This document shows, in pieces, positions 59,601-64,000 of a DNA stretch of 64,000 nucleotides. The notes beneath the pieces are model-generated. The model had not been told where the DNA came from, did no database searches, and saw only the letters and a program-made list of their open reading frames with translations. Source of the DNA: Heptranchias perlo (lineage: Eukaryota); contig NC_090352.1 of assembly GCF_035084215.1 (NCBI RefSeq), forward strand, positions 9,610,001-9,674,000, read 5' to 3'. The translations under genes were made by a program, and so were the position numbers. Every line of letters starts with the position of its first letter. Position 1 is the stretch's first letter.

Positions 59601-61290
59601 CTAGGCTGCCATTTCAGTGCAATACTGAGGGAGTGCTGCATCATCAGATAAAAGGTTAAACTGGGTCCTGTTTGAAGAAGAACTGGGAGGTCTACCAGTG
59701 ATCAACACTGATATCTCAATCTATGCTATCTATTGCTATTTTGCCGTATACAAAATGGCTGCTGTATTTGCCTACTTAACAAAAGTAACTGCACTTCAAA
59801 GTATGTGGAACTCTGAGAATAGATGAGATATTCTATAATTGGAATTCTTTCTCTTACATATGTATGAAAATTGAAAGCACATACAAAGGGCAAATTATAT
59901 TGGGAACATGATACAATATTTGATTTGAGAGATCCTGTTTCCTGCTGTCCCTTAGGTGTCAGATGTTAATGGTCTGGTCCGATTTGAAGTTGTCGCATTT
60001 GGATCATATTCCATAATGATCACAGACATCAAGGAAAACCTTACTCCTAAGGCTGTGATAGAAAGAATCAAACGTGTTGATTATAGAGGTAAGTTGGACA
60101 AGCCCATTGTAGTTGGGACAAAAAACAGAAGGTGGAAATACACAGCACATTAGTCAGCATCTGTGAAGGGAAAAGTCAGGTCATGACGCTTTGGGTGTGT
60201 ACCCTTCATCGGAACTGAACACCGAGAGATCAGCAGGAATTTTAGTACAGTTGGAAAAGAGAGAGAAAAAGGGGGGGAGGTGGGGGAAGAGGGTGAGAGA
60301 ACCAACAAATATACCAATCACAGCATAAATGTGTTAAATGGCCTGCAGACTGCTTAATAGTAACACTTGGATGATAAAAAAGATCATCAGTGAGATAACG
60401 CAGATGTGTAGACAGGACAAAAGAACGTGTCGAGTGGGTGTAAAAGACACGGGTGAGAAATAGAGGAAAAAATACTGCAGATGCATCAGACATAAAATTA
60501 AAGCAGAAAATGCAAGTGAAATAAGGTTGATCCACTGATTGCAAGAGAAAAAGAATGGATGCACGTCCTGGGTTCCATCCCTGCTCGCCCTGTGCTCTGA
60601 CACAGGGTCTCCCTTTAACAAAAGCAAAGTCAGCAAAATCCAAACGAGTGTCAGGCAGATCCCCTTTCCTGGGCAACTTTAGGCGTCACCTTTTGTATTG
60701 GTTTATCTGGAAATTCCCAGAAAATTCTGATATATTTCTAACTTTTCTCCAACTATCTGGTCACTGCTCTGCAGTTGCCTCATTTCTGTAGCTGCTACAA
60801 AAGTCTGGATTATTAAAGGCCCAACTGTGCCCCGTTGGTGTGCGTGGCAAATAACTAGTGGTTAGAGCCAGTTCAGACTACAATGATTTCTTCTTTTTTT
60901 GTCAATTTGTGCCCTGTTCCACATGGACACTGATATTTTGTTTCAGTCTGCTGTCGGTGATTAAAAGAAAGGGGGCTCTCTTTGTCTTCATTTTATTTTA
61001 TACCCCTTGCTTTTGGGCATGTGTCTCCAATGAAGGAGCAGTTTTGGAGAATAAGATGAACGAGATGAGAATTCAAACAATAAACATGGATGAGTGTCTC
61101 CATCAGTTTAATGATTACTTTTTTGTTGTTGCAAATTTTCCTTCATCCGTTGAAGAATATTACAACAACACGGGAAGAAGAACGGGAATAGCTCTGGAGC
61201 TAGTCCACTCCTCCATCAACGAAACTGTAAAACTTCAGATCGAAAATGGACAACCTGTCCCAAAGCAGGTCATCATTATAATCACTGGTG
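44582..61290 (+). CDS. Complement factor B/C2-like protein, 5' part (signal?-CCP1-CCP2-CCP3-linker-VWA); join(44582..44647?,45976..46182,50316..50501,53375..53545,57065..57139,58353..58489,59956..60088,61156..61290); continues beyond window
   Basis: Three phase-1 symmetric sushi exons with C-C-W-C pattern ([12 protein letters not shown] is typical of Bf/C2 CCP3), a linker exon, then VWA exons ([24 protein letters not shown]). Exon order and phases are those of the Bf/C2 family. Bf versus C2 orthology cannot be assigned by eye. Confidence 0.9.
45700..45935. repeat. Degenerate approx. 21-bp tandem repeat (ATACATTCATTGGAGGGGG) upstream of the CCP1 exon
   Basis: Repeated ATAC(T/A)TCATTG + G-run. 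Confidence 0.65.
45976..46182 (+). CDS. Bf/C2-like CCP1 exon ([14 protein letters not shown]...[17 protein letters not shown]...W...ATCN)
   Basis: Acceptor ctatag|, donor G|gttcgt; 207 nt; sushi Cys/Trp pattern. Confidence 0.87.
48500..50160 (-). mobile_element. Ancient CR1 5' remnant (ORF1 esterase-like + endonuclease)
   Basis: Minus strand reads VHIGTN and VISGLL (CR1 ORF1 SGNH-like) near 49950-50075, and SNHDM (SDH-like) near 48965. Confidence 0.55.
50316..50501 (+). CDS. Bf/C2-like CCP2 exon ([12 protein letters not shown]...[33 protein letters not shown])
   Basis: Acceptor ttgcag|, donor G|gtattt; 186 nt. Confidence 0.92.
51240..51700 (-). mobile_element. tRNA-derived SINE, same family as 5402-5868
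   Basis: Colinear similarity to 5402-5868. Confidence 0.75.
52130..52810 (+). mobile_element. Old CR1 LINE fragment
   Basis: Degenerate [24 protein letters not shown] motifs. Confidence 0.6.
53375..53545 (+). CDS. Bf/C2-like CCP3 exon ([56 protein letters not shown])
   Basis: Acceptor ccatttag|, donor A|gtaaac; 171 nt; absent from the ORF track, read by hand. Confidence 0.92.
55315..56330 (-). mobile_element. CR1 LINE RT/3' fragment
   Basis: [35 protein letters not shown]. Confidence 0.85.
56672..56805. mobile_element. Second copy of the palindromic Penelope-like element (opposite orientation, centre deleted), 11-12-bp TSD
   Basis: ATGATGTGGAGATGCCGGTGATGGACTGGGG is the reverse complement of the 23700-23730 tail; perfect 98-bp palindrome 56709-56806; TSD TAGTAAAAGTT(A) at 56661 and 56806. 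Confidence 0.75.
57065..57139 (+). CDS. Bf/C2-like linker exon ([24 protein letters not shown])
   Basis: Acceptor gaatag|, donor CAG|gtaaga; 75 nt; YSFD-x-x-E-D-L-A resembles the Bf/C2 alphaL linker. Confidence 0.82.
58353..58489 (+). CDS. Bf/C2-like VWA exon a ([45 protein letters not shown])
   Basis: Acceptor tttcctcag|, donor AGG|gtaagt; 137 nt. Confidence 0.92.
59956..60088 (+). CDS. Bf/C2-like VWA exon b ([19 protein letters not shown]...[11 protein letters not shown])
   Basis: Acceptor cccttag|, donor G|gtaagt; 133 nt; phase 0 to 1. Confidence 0.88.
61156..61290 (+). CDS. Bf/C2-like VWA exon c ([21 protein letters not shown]...KQVIIIITG)
   Basis: Acceptor gttgaag|, donor G|gtgagt; 135 nt; aligns with the Bf GTNT..AL...HVIILMTDG exon. 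Confidence 0.87.
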
Positions 61291-62579
61291 GTGAGTCTCT
61301 GAGGGGACGGGTGTGTTTTAATAAGCACTTGTATATAGGGCAGGAAATGGGATTGGGTTGGTGGGATTGGGCCGAATAGGGGTGGGATCATGGCCTTCTT
61401 TGCTGCTGATGAAAATTCATGAAATACGTTCAATAACTGATGACCTCTCTGCCCTTCATGAGACAGATGAGCATATTAGACAAACAGCCTTTCATTTAAA
61501 ATAAAAAGTTTAGCATCCGGTTTACCTCTTAAAGTTCTGGACAATTTGCACATGGGTCTGTTCATTCACATTAGTTGGGAGGTGGGGGGGGGGGGGAGGT
61601 GGGTGTGTATATTTCCTAATGTGTATGGGTATCCCCTATTGCCAGCTGGTGTGTGTTCTCTCACATCAACTGGTGCTTTTACATTTTGTGTGTTCCCTTA
61701 TGCCAGTCACTGTGTATGTGTTTGGGTTGTGTGCATCTGTACACACAAGTGTGTCCCCTCATGTAACGTTCTCAGCTGAATGTTATAATATATTTATAAA
61801 ACACATTTCAAATCAAAACATCTCAAAGTACTTCACAACAGATGACTGTTTTTGGAGCACAGTGACTGTTTTATGTAGGCAGAAATGGCAGCAACATCCC
61901 ATGCACAGCCAAACACGAGATGAATGAGTTAATCTGTTTTTGGTGGTGTTGACCAGGACACCTGAAAACTCCCCTCTCTTCATTGATCTTTCACATTCAC
62001 TTTGAACCAATGGAACAGAGTTAACCGGGGTGAAATTCGTCCTGGGCGATAGTGCATCAGCGGTCCTTCTGACACTCCGCCAGTGTGTCAGCCAATGTTT
62101 CATCGGAAAGACGACACCTCCTGAGGGAATGCAGCATTCCCTCAGTACTGCACTGCAGCCTCAATTTATGCATTCAAGGGGTGGGGCTCAATTGCAGAAC
62201 CTCCTGATGCAAAGGTGAGAGTGCTACTGACTAAGTATCATCATAGTGTACTCAAGTCAATTCCAAATGATCGCCATTGCCAAGTACTCACTGATCACTG
62301 GCTGTCATCTTACGCTTTTCAGATGAGACATTAAACAGAGGCCCTGTCTGCCCTCTCAGGTGGACGTAAAAGATCCCATGGCACTATTTTGAAGAGGAGC
62401 AGGGGAGTTCTTCCTAGTGTCCTGGCCAATATTTATTCCTCAACCAATGTCATTAAAACAGATTATCTGGTCATTTATTTCATTGCTGTTTGTGAGGGTT
62501 TGCTGTTGTGTACTTCCTTGGTTCTCAAGCGCTTTGGGATATCCTGATAAAATGCAAGTCTTTTCATTTATTCCTGTTC

Positions 62580-63570
62580 TTTCACAGTTGTTTTCCGTTC
62601 AGCTGTCTCTGATACTTCCCCACCTCCTCCTTGCCCACCACGCCCAGGCCTCCCCTAAGCTTCCCACACCCACTCTAGCCCTGCACCTCTGGCTCTTTCC
62701 ACTTTCTCTCCCATCTCCCTCCACGTCTTCTCTGAGTTCATCTTGTCCGAAACCCACCTCTTGCTCCCTTGACCCCATTCCCACTAACCTGCTGACCACC
62801 TACCTTCCCTTCCTGGCCCCCATATTGGCTGACATTGTAAACGTTTCCTTCTCCTCAGGTACTGTCCCTCTCCCGGTCAAAAGCATCATCATCACCCCCC
62901 ATCTCCTCAAAAAAAAAAATCCTCGACCCCTCTATCCTTGCAAACTACCACCTCAGCTCCAACCTCCCTTTCCTCTATCCCCGCCCACCCCCCACCCCCA
63001 CCCCCACCCCAGCCACTGTCTCAGGCTGAACCAGACCGTTTGCGACCTCAGCATCCTATTCAACCCTGAGCTGAGCTTCTGACCCCCTATCCTCTCCATC
63101 ACAAAGACTATCTACTTCCAGCTCCGTAACATCGCTCGTCTCCACCCCTGCCTCAGCCTGTCTGCTGCTAAAACCCTCAGTCATGCCTTTGTTATCTCCA
63201 GACTTGACAATTCCAATGCTTTGCTGGCTGGCCTCCCATCCACCACTCTCTAAACTTCAATTCATCCCGACCCTATTTGTGTTACCTCCTCCAGCCCTAC
63301 AGACACCCCCCTCCCCTCCATTCCTCTGACTCTAGCATCTTGTACACTTCCCCTCCCTTCACTTCACCATGAGCAGCTGTTCCTTCAGCTGTCTAGCCAC
63401 CTGATATGGAATTTCCTCCCTAAACCCCCCCTCCCTTCCCACCCTCTGCCTCCACATCCCTCTCCTCAAGACCCTCCTTAAAAACCCATCTCTGACTAAG
63501 CTTTTGGTCATCCCTTTTGATATTGTCTGATTACACCTCTGAGAAGCACTTTGGGATGTTTTTTCTATGT
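62580..63570 (+). mobile_element. L2-like LINE remnant
   Basis: PTSCSLDPIPT, LADIVN.SFSSGTVP, LFNPELSF, FQLRNIARL, HAFVISRLD. Confidence 0.75.
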
Positions 63571-63574
63571 TAAA

Positions 63575-64000
63575 GAACATAAGAAATAGGAGCAGGAGTA
63601 GGCCATACAGCCCCTCAAGCCTACTGCGCCATTCAATCAGATCATGGCTGATCTTCGACTTCAACTCCACTTTCCCGCCCTATCCCCATATCCTTTCGTT
63701 CCATAGAGTCCAAAAATCTATCACATTCAACGACTCAGCATGCACAGCCCTCTGGGGAAGAGAATTCCAATGATTCACAACTCTCTGAGTGAAGAAATTC
63801 CTCCTCATTTCACTCTTGAATGGTCGACCCCTTATCCTGCGACTAGTTCCCCTAGTTCTAGACTCTCCAGCCAGGGGAAACAACTTCTCAGCATCTACCC
63901 TGTCAAGCTCCCTCAGAATCTTGTATGTTTCAATGAGATCAGCTCTCATTCTTCTAAATTCCAGAGAGTATAGGCCCATTCTACTCAATCTCTTCTCATA
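63575..64000 (-). mobile_element. CR1 LINE 3' fragment (runs off window)
   Basis: LYSLEFRRMRADLIETYK, FFTQRVVNHWNSLP plus 3'UTR. Confidence 0.85.

Noticed and set aside
60858-61379. 173-aa ORF as a stand-alone gene
   Set aside because: Only 61156-61290 is VWA-like and bounded by splice sites; the rest is open intron.

Overview
Eukaryotic, repeat-rich vertebrate DNA. The CR1/L2 LINE and tRNA-SINE families suggest a cartilaginous fish (shark/ray); this is an inference. Two spliced genes can be built by hand on the + strand. (1) A complete 10-exon RAD51D (CDS 16559-37279, 334 aa, all GT-AG introns, Walker A GAPGSGKT) behind a CpG/E2F-type promoter. (2) The 5' half of a complement factor B/C2-family gene (signal-peptide-like exon, three CCP exons, linker exon, three VWA exons; 44582-61290, continuing past the window). 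This Bf/C2-like gene is the most unusual element. Its exons are open and in phase, yet three of five MIDAS Mg2+ ligands are replaced (DxSxS->DASRR, T->R, TDG->TGG). The R-K activation site is altered, the linker is short, no in-frame ATG is visible in the signal exon, and its upstream neighbour is RAD51D rather than an MHC class III gene. Introns hold a PIF/Harbinger-type transposon (Myb-like + HARBI1-like remnants, AAT TSD) nested in a long CR1 LINE. They also hold two TSD-flanked palindromic Penelope-like insertions, one with a minimal hammerhead ribozyme core in the RAD51D sense strand, plus a 2-kb polypyrimidine tract and several minisatellites. Most long ORFs in the supplied track are repeat or low-complexity artefacts.
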